A stretch of 64,000 nt of DNA from Cladosporium halotolerans (GCF_011745625.1 NW_027191453.1:744001-808000), one strand, 5' to 3'. Positions 46,652-59,028 are shown, counted from the stretch's first letter. Numbers and translations: made by a program. The notes: generated by a model from the sequence alone, not told the origin.

Positions 46652-47683
46652 TTGCCTTTATTCCTTTTTTTTTTCCCTCTGTTTCTGTTTCTTCCTCTGT
46701 CCTTAACCCTTTGTTAGCGTTCTAAGCCTGCGTTTCGTGTATAACTACTCTTAGCATCTGGAGGACTAGCGAGGCGTCGGTCTCAAATTCGGGCATGGTG
46801 GGTTCGGTATGAACGGAGGCGACTAGTCGACGGAAAGGAATGGCTACCAAACGCCCACTCACAACAATGGGAAAACTACGTACTGACTTAAAAATAATCA
46901 CGAATGTACGATATCCGGCGAGGTCTTGCTCTGCAGGCAGCAACGATTGGCATCCGCTGCTCCTCACACTTTCCCCATGCATTCCCTCCACAATGATCTC
47001 AGCGCGTTATTTCGCTTCGACGCGATCACCGCGACTCCCCTGTTCCTTGTTCCTGAAGCCACGATCCGCGGCGCCCCTGGCCGAAATGTCTCGTCAGTGG
47101 ACGCGCGCGGGCGCGCTGGTGCTTGTTCCTGTCGCTAGCGCGGCCACGGGGCCCGCCTAGCGCGCGCTTGAAACCCCTCGTCGAGCCGACGGTTTGGTTT
47201 CGAACCACTCGACGGGGCCTGCTGAGGTCGACGGGGCGAACGTAAGGTAGTGGTGAGAACGGGTGTGACTGAGGCCCTCCCCTGCTCCTCTTCTGCTGCT
47301 CGCGCGCACCTACCCCTCTTGTTCTCTCGTCCTCTGTTCGCATGTCGTGATACGCACGCGCGCGTGAGGTTCGACGAAGAGGGCGGTTCGCGGATTGCAT
47401 TGTCTGTCGCTCTTTCAAAGCTATCTGTTTGGTCTTGACTCTGGTTTGAGCAGGCCTGCATATACACACACTCATTCATCCGTCTTGGACATATCATATA
47501 TCACCACGCGTGTGACACACGACACGTCGGCATTCACTATCTACACATACTTGGGCGCACGCAGGTCGTGGGCTCGCACACGTACAACACATCACACACA
47601 CACTCTGGATTTACTGGAACCACAAAGGTCTTATTTGAAGACACAGAAATAGAACGAACACCTCACACGACAACGCCGCGACC

Positions 47684-49394
47684 ATGTTCGGCTTCCACAA
47701 GCGCAACCGGTCCCTGATCCCGGTCAAATCCATGGACGCGCTCGAAAGCTCGGAGAAAGAAACGCTGCTGCTGCAAGAAGAGGAGGTCATGTCGGAGCTC
47801 GAAGAAGACAACAGCTCGGAAACCGACGTCGAGGACTCCCACAACCCCAGGCCCAGCACGCCCGCCTCCCGCCGCAACCTCGCCCTCATCTACCTCCTCT
47901 TCCTCGCCGAAGCAATCATGTCCTCCTCGCTCTCGACGCAGATCATGGTCCTGGTCCCCTCCGCAACCGGCTGCGTGGACACCAACATCTCCTTCCTGCG
48001 CAGCGTCCTGCAAGGCGCGTACTTCCTCGGCAGCGCCGCGGGCGTCTTCTGGGGCTTCGTCGCGGACCGCTGGGGGCGGCGCAAGACTGCCCTGCTTGGG
48101 TTGGGAGGTATGGGCGCGTGCTGTGTTTGCATGGGCTTCGCGACGGGGCTAATGGCGTTTACGGGGTTGAGGTTTGTGGCTGGGTTGGTGAGTTCGGCGG
48201 TTACGGTGGCGGGGCTGGCAATGTTGGCTGATGCGACGCATGGGAGTGCGGAGAGGGTGGGCGCGGTAGCGAGGTTGCCGGTCGTCGCGTTAGGAGGGAG
48301 CGTTGGCCCGATGGCGGCGCAGGTTATGAGGTTTGTGGGGGAGGAGGGGACGGGGGGTGTTTTTGGGAGGTTTCCGGGGCTGAGTTCGCAGGTTGCGTGT
48401 GCTGGGTTTGTGATTATTATTGGGGTGGCGGAGGCGCTTATGCTGAGAGAGGTATGTCTTGCGTGTGAGGAGATGGAGGCGTCGATGCTAACTTGTGTTT
48501 CAGACTCTTCCCCAGCCTATTGCCAAATCGACTGAGGGCGAGGAGCACAGGGACTGCGAGAAGGCTACCTTCCTCGGCCAGTCTCTCCCGAACGACTCCC
48601 TCGACTCGCTCAACATCAGCATCATTGAGGCTCTGAACGATGATGCCGCGGTGCCACGCCCGTCCTACCTGAGCATCTCGCAGCTCCTGACTGCGCCCTC
48701 GGTGCTTATCCTGTTGGCATCGTACTCTGTGCTCTCGCTCCACTCGTCGACCTTTGAGATCTTGCTGCCTCACCTTGCTCACACCGCTTCGCACCAGGGC
48801 GGTCTGGGTATCCCTTGCGCATGGCTCACAACCGTGGTAACTGTCGTGAAGATCATCGCCGCCATTCGGATCCTGCACTTCGTTCCTCTCGTCGTCAGCA
48901 AGATCGGTCTCCTGCCCGTCTACCGCCGCATCTCGGCCGTATTTCCTATTTTCTACGTCGTCATTCCGCTCATCGGCGTAGCTGCCAGTGCCGCAGGTGG
49001 CTCGCCTATGATCTCCGCTGCCTTCAACACCATCGCCATGCTCGCAAAGACCACCATCGCCGGAGCGGCACAGGTGCTTGTCCTGCTGCTGGTCCTCAAC
49101 GCCGCTCCCGACGCCTCTTCCACTGGCACGGTTATCGGCGTCGTCTCGATCTCAGAGCTTTTCAAGGCTCTCGCCGTCGGCGTCAGTGGCGTCAGCTTCT
49201 ACCTGTCTAACGACTACTCCATGGCCGTCGTCAACGGCTCTCTTTGGGCTGCGCTCGCTTTCATCGCGATCCTCGGAGCCGGCGTAACTTGGAAGCTGAG
49301 GGAAAGCCCTCGCGTCGGCACGGACATCCCGGAGGAGTGTCTCGTGTGGCAGGACATGTTCGATGCCAGCAGCGACGACGAATCTGGCTTTTGA
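47684..49394 (+). CDS. MFS transporter-like membrane protein; intron 48452-48503
   Basis: MFS motif A 'GFVADRWGRR', about 12 TM segments, GTATGT...GCTAAC...TTCAG intron. Confidence 0.88.
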
Positions 49395-49577
49395 TCCTTT
49401 TATTTCTGTCACAAGAGGTGGGAACTAAGTCGGGCTTTCTTATATCTAGAGGCTTTCGTTATTTCCTTAGTCCTGTTTCGCTTGTGGTCTTTCCTTTATA
49501 CACTCTTTAGCAACACGCACGCTCTGTGCTTATGAACATACTTTTCTAGTTTTTTGCTAATGCACAATCGCTTCCAA

Positions 49578-51329
49578 TCACAACGATGCCCGTCCTTTCG
49601 TCCCCTCCTTCTCCAGCTCCTCAAACATCTCCCCCAACCTGCCCTGCCACTCCTTCACCAAGCCCGGATCCATAGCCGACGCATCCGCACTCACAAAGAT
49701 CGACAACCCGTCCTCCGCCCCCTCAACCCCAATCAAAAACTCCCCCTCGCGCGCCCGCACAGCAGCCTTCATATCCCAAAAGTCTGCCACGAAATCCCTC
49801 CCCTCCTCCTCAAAGTCATACATCCCCCTCCCGATCAGCGCAGCCCGCTTGCCAACACTACTCACGCCGCAAGTCTGCACCGTCGCATTCGGCCGCATCG
49901 CATACGCTCCCTGCGGCCCGGCCTCTACCTCCCCCTCCGGCAACATCTTCGCCGCCCGCTCAATGCTACTCACATACTGCGTCGCCAGCATCCGCCCGGG
50001 CCCCCGACTCCCCATGAACGCCAGCTTCTCCGCCCGCGTCTCCGCAGCCCGCGCCTCGCGCTTCTGGTACACGGCCAGCTGCGCCTGCGCGCGGCGCGCG
50101 AGCAGCCGGATCCGGCCCTCGAGCGGCAAGCGCGACGGCAGGAACGGCAGCTCGATCCCGTCGCTGAACGCGAGCATCAGGCTCTCGGCGCCGATCGGCT
50201 CGCGCAGGAACGGCCGCGGGTTGAGCGGGAAGCCGGTTATGAAGGGCTTGCGGGCGGAGAGCGGGACGGAGGGGTCCGCGCGCTCGTTGAACTCCATCAT
50301 GCTCAGGGCTGCGAGCGCGAAGCAGCCGGCGCCGACGCTCACGCCTGCGGAGCGGCAGAGAGCGCTGAGGCGGGATGTCGCGGGCAGGGAGGCGCGGGCG
50401 AAGACGGGGAGGGTGTTGAGGCGGGGCAGGCGGGTGTAGGAGAGGACGGGGGCGAAGGTGGGTGGGTAGGGGAGGGGAGCGGAGGGGGTTGGGCGGCGGA
50501 GGGGGTTCGCGAAGCCGGCTGGGTGCGGTGTGCGGACGTGGCGGAGGATGCGCGTTAGGAGCCAGAACCAGCGTTTGCGGGCGGGCGAGCCGGTTATGAG
50601 GGGGTAGAGGCTTTCTTGGGGCGGAGGGAGGCGGGAGAGGAGGGAGGTCGGGGTAGTGTTGGCGCGGAGGGCGGTGTGGAGGTCCGGCAGGGATTTGTTG
50701 AGGATGTGGACGAAGGACCGCATCCAGGTGTAGTTTGTTAGGCCGTCGGCGATTTGGTGGCCGAGGATGAGGAGGAAGCGGAGGTTGAGAGTGCCGTCTG
50801 GGTTTGTGTTTAAGGGGAAGACGAAGCATTTGCTGAGGCATTGGGAGGGGTCGATGACGCGGGCGGTGTTTTGTGCGTGGACCCAAAACTCGTAGGGGTC
50901 GACTTCTGTGAAGTGATCTCCCAGGAATACCAGGCTATCTTTTGCTGCGGCGATCGCGGCGTTTTCATCCTTGGGAACGTCCACGACTGAGTAAATCGGC
51001 TGTGTTGTCACTGCTGAACCTGACATATAGCTTCGTCGCTCCACCGCCTTAGATTGTGCCAGTGGGTGTTCGAATTGGAATAATGTCCAGGCAAGCAAGA
51101 TCCGATGCCGTAGGTCTTGCGTGCTGATGTTCGACTTTGCAACCAGGTCAAGCTGAACGTTGAGGTCCGCTCGACCTTCATAGTATCGACCATCCGAGTC
51201 GAATGCGTACTCTACAAGGCCCAAAGGCCGGTAGAATTTTGTATTCCCGCCATCGGTTGCGGTCTTCCATGCGTAGGCTTCTGCGTTGCCATACTGTTCC
51301 CGCCAAGGTGGGGTCGGAGAAGTCGGCAT
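49578..51329 (-). CDS. CoA-dependent acyltransferase/condensation-fold protein
   Basis: HxxxDG motif 'GHQIADG', 'RPLGLVE', 'LPPPQESLYP', 'CGVSSVG'. First ATG at 51329. Confidence 0.7.
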   Translation of the reverse strand: MPTSPTPPWREQYGNAEAYAWKTATDGGNTKFYRPLGLVEYAFDSDGRYYEGRADLNVQLDLVAKSNISTQDLRHRILLAWTLFQFEHPLAQSKAVERRSYMSGSAVTTQPIYSVVDVPKDENAAIAAAKDSLVFLGDHFTEVDPYEFWVHAQNTARVIDPSQCLSKCFVFPLNTNPDGTLNLRFLLILGHQIADGLTNYTWMRSFVHILNKSLPDLHTALRANTTPTSLLSRLPPPQESLYPLITGSPARKRWFWLLTRILRHVRTPHPAGFANPLRRPTPSAPLPYPPTFAPVLSYTRLPRLNTLPVFARASLPATSRLSALCRSAGVSVGAGCFALAALSMMEFNERADPSVPLSARKPFITGFPLNPRPFLREPIGAESLMLAFSDGIELPFLPSRLPLEGRIRLLARRAQAQLAVYQKREARAAETRAEKLAFMGSRGPGRMLATQYVSSIERAAKMLPEGEVEAGPQGAYAMRPNATVQTCGVSSVGKRAALIGRGMYDFEEEGRDFVADFWDMKAAVRAREGEFLIGVEGAEDGLSIFVSADASAMDPGLVKEWQGRLGEMFEELEKEGTKGRASL

Positions 51330-51996
51330 GTTTTTTTGTTGGGATGAATATGGCGCAACTTCAAAAGATAGATGATCGGGCAAACAATAAGCAGATGCAA
51401 ATCTATTCGAAGCAATCAATCTATCAATCTGAAGTAAGCTCGAGTCAATGATATCGATGAAGACTTGCGGAGCCTGGTGAGCGAGGACCAATGGGGAAAG
51501 ACGTCTGTGAATCCTTTCCAACCAAGTTCGGGCGGGGAAAGCTGCGGTCAAAACCATCCGTGCCTGTCAGTGTCGACCTCATCTCAGAAACCACGAATCT
51601 TTGTACGAGGTCCAAGCCTCTTTAAAGCGGCGGGAGATAACAAGGGGCTGGGTGAGGCAAAAAGCTGTCTTGGATGTTGAGCAATTTGAGCAGCTAAGTC
51701 TACTATTTCGGGTCCTTCAGATCTTCGCAACTGCAGCAAGTGCAGAGCAAATGCAGTCCAGAGCAAGGACAAAAGACGCAAACTTGTATCATGGCCTGTC
51801 CGCCGTCTTTGACACCCTTGAGCAAAGTTACATTTTGAGTGGTTCGTTGTAAAGACATTCAGACATCGTTGGATTTCGCCTTTTTGGCCTTCTCGCCCTG
51901 GGTGGCAACATCATCGTCCTCCGTAACAGCTCTCTTATTTCCAGTTCCACCATTCTGCGCCTGAGACCTCTCAAACGGTTTGTCGGAAGGGAGAAA

Positions 51997-53152
51997 TCAG
52001 TCATCCGCTATTTCCTCGTCCAAGGAGGAGAGGTCGCTGTCACTGCTCATCTGAGACGCTGACAGCAAGGCTGTGGATAGGGCTCGCAGATTTGCTCCTC
52101 CATGGGCAGACTCGCCCTCATCCGCAGGCTGTTGAAAGGCCACCTTCTTCTGAGCGAATTGAGTGTTTGCAGCTGCAGAGTTGGCCCCAGCCACTTCCTC
52201 TTCAGAATCATTCTCATCCTCGGAATCTTCATTGATACGGGTTTCCTCCGCCTGACCCTCATCCGCTTGCTTCCCCGATGATTTGTTCTTGACAGTCTTG
52301 CTGCTTGCAGCATTTGGCTTTGGGCCCTGAGCCTTCGTTGTCTTGGCTTTCACCGGCTTAGTCGTCTGCCTCTCATCATTATCATCGTCATCACCTTCAC
52401 TGTCACCCATGAGCGTGTTGAGCAGAGCACGCGTCTCGCGCTCGTTGCGGTGGACCCTAAGAAGCTTCTTGTTGATGCGGATGAAAGGGCACCAACGAGC
52501 GTGATGATCGATCGTTTTTTTGACCTTGGAAAGGTTAAGTTTTCCGTCGTCTGAGGAATCAGACGGCACAGAATCGTCGCCATCAACAGTTGGTACACGC
52601 TTCTTCGTTGCCGGCTTCTTCGGCTTGGATCTCGATACGGTCAACTTGCCTCCAGTAATAGTAGCTGGTGCCTTCGTTTGCCCGGACTTGGCCGTTGCAG
52701 CTGGCTTGGTGGACTTGCGGTCCTGAGGTTCACTGTCCTCGCTGTCTTCTGAGGGGCTGGGTTCCTCTAATGCTTCCGTCGACTGAATGGACAGTAAAGT
52801 CAGCGCAACGTCTTGGTAGAAATTGGTAGTCATCATAGGGTACTTACCGGCTTAACGGTCTGCTTTTGCTTCTTCTTGGGCGCGGAGGTTTTCTTGGTTG
52901 CAAGCTGCGCCTTTGGGAGCTCGGGAGATGGGAGTGCTATCTTCGAAGCCAGGACTTTCTGTAATTCGAAAATGATTAGCTGGACGGCTCAACGGCAATT
53001 CTAGTAATCTTGTAGCTCTCTCATGAAGTGAGTCAGCAACTCACATCCTTCACTTCATCGGCAGGCACCTTTCTCTTCTTGAGATTCGAAAGATTCTCAA
53101 GAGTGCTCTTTCCCAATGCTGGTGGTGCGTTTCTTGCGCTTCTGCGGCTCAT
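51997..53152 (-). CDS. Hypothetical Lys/acidic-rich, probably nuclear protein; introns 52959-53044 and 52783-52847
   Basis: GTGAGT and GTAAGT donors with branch sites join three exons in frame; NLS-like KKRK. Confidence 0.65.
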
Positions 53153-53650
53153 GATTGGGTCAATGTCGTGGGGATGGGAGGAGAATATGTGAGTAATCTT
53201 GTTGGGCGGTGTCGGAGTCTCGCCAATGCTCGTAGCGCCTATTATATGCAATGCCGTAAAAACGCTCAGTAAGCGTAGTTTGTTGATTGTCGATGCTGTT
53301 TGAAGACACCAAAACAGCGCAAACCGTCCCATGCAGGCCATAAAGTATATGTTTGCTCAAGTATGCGACTTTTTGAAAAGAGGCAACAAAGGATGAAGAT
53401 AACTGTCGCACCCATTTGTCGTTCTTACATCGCTCTTCCAGTCAGCCATTAATGGATCGAAGTATTTGAGATTGACAAAAACTCTTTCCGGAGGCCAAGC
53501 AACTCTGCTGATAATCCAATATGAGCAATCATTTGGTGGATGTGAAAGAACGCGTGAGCGTTCCTTCTGCAATAATTCCTGCAAAAGGTCGATGCAGATA
53601 CAGTTTCGTTTACGAATGCAATTGTGTTTGAGGTTCCTAGTCTAGCTCGC

Positions 53651-55385
53651 CTAAAGCTCCTTGGCCAGAATCTTGCTCTTCCTCCGCAAAGTGGCTCCAA
53701 AGTAAAAGAACACCAGCGGAATGGGTATCATGATCGCCGCGAGACATCCCAGAAGAGTACCAGCCCACTGAATTCCCAGATTTGCGAACATCTGACGAGT
53801 GAAGAGCGGGAAGCCTGCTGCAACGATGGACCGGAGCATGATGTTGGCTGCAACGGCGGAAGCCGCACTGCAGTGTTCGGTCAATCTTCGTATATCGACA
53901 ATGATCGAAGACAAGAAACTTACACCGGGAGGTATGCATCAATCAAGTAGTTGAAACAAGGCATGAATATGCACAGCATTCCAGAACCAGTCAGGATGCC
54001 GGCACACGATGGCACGATCCAGTGGATGGTGGGATTCCACGCCGTCCAGGCGAACCTGACAATAGATGTTAGCAATAAATAAACGACGATGCACCGAAGC
54101 TAGTCCTGAACCTACCAAAAAAGACCGACAGTAAAAACAGGTGCTCCGATGATAGGATAGTCCAGGCGCCATTCGGGAATGGGGACGTTATTGTTGGCCT
54201 TTAATTTCTTGCCGTACGAGCCATGGAGCGCAAGAATCCCTAGGACAGAAATGATCACGCCCAGCGTCATGCCCATGAATGGAAGACCTCGCTCGCCAGG
54301 GTTCATGTCGTACATCTCCTCGAAAACGTACGGATACGCAACGAGGAGCGCATATATGATGCCGTAGATGAATGACATATACATCGAGACAAGGAAGACG
54401 ATCGGCTCCGTGAAGAGCATCCTGATCGGGCGCGTGAAGTACTTGCGCAGCATTTCCTTTGGGTCGAACTCAATCCTCTCTTGCTTTGCATGGACCGCCC
54501 AGTTGCCGGTTTCTTTCCGGATTTGCACAGCCTTTTCCGTCAGGATGAGCGCTGCATAGCTTTCGTTGACGAAGAAAGTGATGCAAGCCGCGTCGAAGAA
54601 ACCCAAAATTGCGGGAATGTACAATGTCCACCGCCAACCCAAAGAGCTCATGGAAATGAATCCTCCCATGAATGGGGCGAGCAATGGTCCGAGGAAAATG
54701 GTGAGTGCGTACAGCGTCACTGCCACTCCGCGGTAATTGTTGTTGTACATATCTGCCAATACGCCTGGCACAACGCACAGTGGGCTTACACCACACACGC
54801 CTGAGAAAAAGCGGCAGATGATGAGAGTCTGAATGTTGGCTGCTGTCGCAGCTCCGATTGTGAAGATGGAAAGTCCGAGCATGCCAATCAGCAGAGGCCA
54901 TCGTCTGCCAATGACCTCAGATCCAGGTGCCCAAATGACGGGGCCAAAGAAAAATCCTAGCATAAAAAGACTGGTTCCTAGCAGGCCAACAAGTGTACTG
55001 ACTTCAAACTCATGGCTAGCGTAGAAGCCACCTGGGGCAAAGAGCGCACTGGCGAAGGCTGACACGAATGTTCCAAAACAGGCGATCGTTGCTGTATAGC
55101 ACCTACGCACAGGGTTAGTCCACGTTGGCATTGGAAGCAAACGAAGATGTACTTTTTCCAGGTCGACCAGTTCTGGGGATTGCGGGGATCGTCGGGTCCT
55201 TCGAAGTCCACAACATAGTCTTCTTCTATAAGCAGTGCTGGTACTTGCTTTCCTCCTCCCATGCAAAAGACGCTTTGGATTGGTGCCTTCTTCCCGCCGT
55301 CGCTTTCAAGTGGTGTGTTGCAGCCGCTGGGCATTGTCAATGTCCCGCATGACTCTAAAGCCGTCACATGCTGCGGTATCTGCAT
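53651..55385 (-). CDS. MFS drug:H+ antiporter DHA1 (Flr1/Tpo1-like); introns 55103-55152, 54056-54115, 53868-53923
   Basis: 'VDFEGPDDPRNPQNWSTWKK', 'WAPGSEVIGRR', 'LGWRW', 'RPIRMLFTEPIV', 'IPEWRL', 'YLIDAY'. Confidence 0.93.
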
Positions 55386-56248
55386 TTTGATTTGGTCCTA
55401 GCCTCCGAGGTGCTGCTCAAACAAAATTACAATAAGACGAAGCGCGCAGAAACTCCGTTGAAGAAGCTTCCGTTTGGCGCGAAGGTTGGATATAACTGCT
55501 ATGATAGATGAGAGGGCGTGTATACCAACATCATGCGAACGAGGGGACTCCAAAATTTGATTTGTCGCAGACACAGGATTGCACGCGCATATTCGCGGTG
55601 ACCGTGCGCTGGGAATGGAGCCGGGAAGGGGCGGGGATACGCGGAATCCATTCGATATGTTGTGACTTCTGCTCGGTCTTCTATACTCTTCTGAGAATGA
55701 CAAGACCCATCCCGAGACTTGGAGAAAGACCGTCCCATGATTCACGCTATCGCGATGTGGCGGTGACTCTTGCACTGTCGACGAAAGCTTGTTTGCGGCT
55801 GTGAAAAGATAACATGCCGCAATAACGCCGTAGTTGGGCTGAGACTGTGGATCCGATCATACCGTACGGCGTTTGAATGAGCCGCGTGGTTGACGATATT
55901 GACTGCCCATCATATTACCAATAAGAGTAAGCAGAGCAGAAAGGCCAAACTGAAATCATATGGAGAGTGCCACAATTGGTATGCATAGGGATGAGGTGTG
56001 CGGCTAGAGTCAAGTTTCGACAGCGAGTGTGGCCCGATTTCCGAACCTCCCGCCAGATCATCATCCGGTAGGGCTGAGATCGCGCTGCATCCGATGAGGC
56101 TCTCATCATCCATGCGTACATTGTGGCACGACTCCTCGACCAGTCTGTGATGTCGCATTTGTCTTACCCGTCCGCTCAGATGTCGCGTCGATGCGTCGCG
56201 AACACCATGTCGCCACCCAGAATTGCATCATACCGACGATGACCAAAG

Positions 56249-58024
56249 ATGGACGGTGCGATTTCACCTAATTCACAGCTGGGAGATGGTACGAATGGCC
56301 ATTCGAAGACCGGCTCATCGACTGGCCATGTCCGGAGGATGCGGGCCAGGAAGGCCTGCGAGCCCTGCCGTGAACGAAAGCGGAAGTGTGACGGCGGGAA
56401 CCCATGTAGTTGCTGCGTCCGCTATGAATACGATTGTTATTATTTCTCCGTTCGCGAAAGGCGGGGAATGACTGCATCGTCGTCGCATCACGCGTCTCCG
56501 CCGAACATGGAAGCCCGCGCGCCTACTCTGGCACCACCACCACCCGTTCGAGAAGTGCATGCACCATCACCAGGCCCACACAGCCAGCTGCAGTCTTTGG
56601 AAGCGAACTCTGGCGCAGCATTCGTGAGAAAGTTGGCTGTGGGCATAGATCCAGCGAACGCGCCTCGACTACATCTATTTGCGTGGAACCTGTTCCTTGG
56701 AGCTAGGAAATCAATGCGAGAACCGAGCGGACTACCTGTCACAGAGATCATCACGCGCGCAACAATGGAGAGCCTGGTGGCGTTCTATCTGGAGAAAGTG
56801 GATCCGTGCTATGGCTTCATTGATCGCGCAATCCTGGAGCAGCGTGTCCAAGCACGGTGGGAGATCGGATCACTCGCAGGCCCATATGATGCTGTGCTGT
56901 GTGGAGTCGCCGCACTTGGTCTGCTTTTCTCACAAAGGTTCGTGAGCGATATTGAAGTCGACCTCGTCGAATCTGCGAAGCGTATCCTGGAGCGCTCGAT
57001 CGAAGGCCACCCTGGCATTGACATTGTGACCGGCTGGGTCCTCCGAACCGCTTACCTGAGGATGACTGCGTCTCCTCATGTCGCATGGATGGCCAGTTGT
57101 ACTTTGATGCACATGGTAGAGGCATCTGGCATTCATTCTGCTCACTTGTCGGAGAATATCCCCGGGATACAACGCGATAGCTTTGCAGCCCCGGAGCTTT
57201 GCCGACGATTATTTGGAGTTGCCCGGCACCTGAATGTGTGGATGTCTTTCGAAATGGGTCGCTCGAGAGTCATTCTCCAGAATGCCACCCACGAGGGGCC
57301 CTCTTCGCGTCCAGGCGACTCTACTGCAGAGCTTCTCAGCTTGCTTCCTTGGTCAGAGTCCCTTGATCCTGGTAAGGATGTAGACCTGCCGAGCCTGAAA
57401 GCCACACTATCCAGCGTGCTTGATCGCGAGCTCACAATACCATCCACAATTTTGGCACACTGCAATCTTGTTCTATGTCTCTGCCGGCGACTTCGCGCGC
57501 TGGACTATGTGATCTCTGGCGAGCCCTTGGACAGGATCCTAGCTTTGACTGCAAGAAGCATACGCTGTGCTCAGGCAAACTTGGACTCCGGGAGTGTGTG
57601 GCACCATACGGCGAACGTGCCTTTCCAGATCGTGTGCATCTTGCTGGCGTTCGACACTCCGTCATCTATCGCACAGCTCGGCGATGCAATCGGTGTGCTG
57701 AAGAATGCCGCGCAGCTGTACGAGACGGATGCCGCAAGAGAAGCTTGTAACACTGCGTGCCTATTGGTACTGTTGCATCAGAAGCGCAAGGAAGCAGATA
57801 CCAAGAGCCTGTCCAACGTCCTGCAGTCATATTCGGCTGCGCCGGTTGCTGAGACAAACACAGCACCATATCCAGCGACGGACGCAAATGGACTTCACAG
57901 CTGGAACGACTCTTCGTGGCTGGACGATCTCATGACAGATATGCCTAATCTTCAAGGCTTTGATATAGGCCAGATACTGGATGGAAACAGTCTATGGGAA
58001 ACGCCAGCGGTTTGGCCACAGTGA
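56249..58024 (+). CDS. Zn(II)2Cys6 transcription factor, RDR1-like
   Basis: CEPCRERKRKCDGGNPCSCCVRYEYDC cluster; 'SLEANSGAAFVRKL', 'LHLFAWN', 'WHHTANVPFQ'. Confidence 0.9.
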   Translation: MDGAISPNSQLGDGTNGHSKTGSSTGHVRRMRARKACEPCRERKRKCDGGNPCSCCVRYEYDCYYFSVRERRGMTASSSHHASPPNMEARAPTLAPPPPVREVHAPSPGPHSQLQSLEANSGAAFVRKLAVGIDPANAPRLHLFAWNLFLGARKSMREPSGLPVTEIITRATMESLVAFYLEKVDPCYGFIDRAILEQRVQARWEIGSLAGPYDAVLCGVAALGLLFSQRFVSDIEVDLVESAKRILERSIEGHPGIDIVTGWVLRTAYLRMTASPHVAWMASCTLMHMVEASGIHSAHLSENIPGIQRDSFAAPELCRRLFGVARHLNVWMSFEMGRSRVILQNATHEGPSSRPGDSTAELLSLLPWSESLDPGKDVDLPSLKATLSSVLDRELTIPSTILAHCNLVLCLCRRLRALDYVISGEPLDRILALTARSIRCAQANLDSGSVWHHTANVPFQIVCILLAFDTPSSIAQLGDAIGVLKNAAQLYETDAAREACNTACLLVLLHQKRKEADTKSLSNVLQSYSAAPVAETNTAPYPATDANGLHSWNDSSWLDDLMTDMPNLQGFDIGQILDGNSLWETPAVWPQ

Positions 58025-59028
58025 TCACAAGTCAGAGACCTTTTTCTCCCGCGCGACTGAAGCATTGATAGATGTGCGATCGGACGCTATACTATCAGCG
58101 CACCATGAATTCTATCTGAGATGACAGGCAGCTCAGACTGCATGAAGCGTCACTCAGTGGGCGGCTGTGTTGTCCAAAAGCCAAAGTTGAGTGGAGCAGC
58201 GCAGGCCTGATTCAGTACGTGGTGAAGCTGGTCCGGCAAAGCAAACATTGAGGCGCGGATGTCGTTTCTCGGAGAAGACCAAATCAACCAAAACGGAGTG
58301 CTCATGGCAGCAGCACAGTAAAGTGTGTGTGCACTCGGAGATTGCTGGGCTCACCAAAATCTGTCTCAGTGGCATGGCTACTTCCATGAAAGGCGAGCAG
58401 GTATAGCAGCAGCGTCAAGGTGTGTGTCACTTTTGAGATCGCTGGATGTCTGATCTCGCACGCATTGCGATTTCAAAAAGGCTCTCAATGCATTGTCTCA
58501 ATTGCATGACTACTCTGATAATAGAAGAGTGACGATGGCCGCAGCATACGGTGTCGTGCCGTGGGAGAGATGCTGAGCGCTCGCTCAAGGAAGAAAGCCG
58601 TGGCCTTGGGCCATTCGCGAGGCATTATCACTCAGCGGGCTGCTACGTCGGCCAAAGCTGAAGCATAATGACCGGAGCATGATCGGAGCTCGAGAAACCA
58701 CGCTGAATAATAAGTAATGAGGGATTCGAGGTGGTTGGGGAGTGTCGGCTTGTGGTGAGGTCAAGCCTGGAATGCCAAGACCAAGTTTACGGCTCCCTCA
58801 GCAATGTCACTTTATAGTACATCGACGCCAGAAGTCATTGAGCAAAATGTAAATCCCGTCTTGATCTAGAGGTCAATTATGGTGAGTGAAATAGCGCGTA
58901 GATTAACGATGGAGTAAGCGGAATCAAAATCCCTGCCGTATTTGCATTGCTGTGTCTATGCTCTATCTGGTGTAGCTCCATCATTAAAAAAATCGTATAA
59001 TGCTCAGTTCGACCGCCCAAACAATCCC

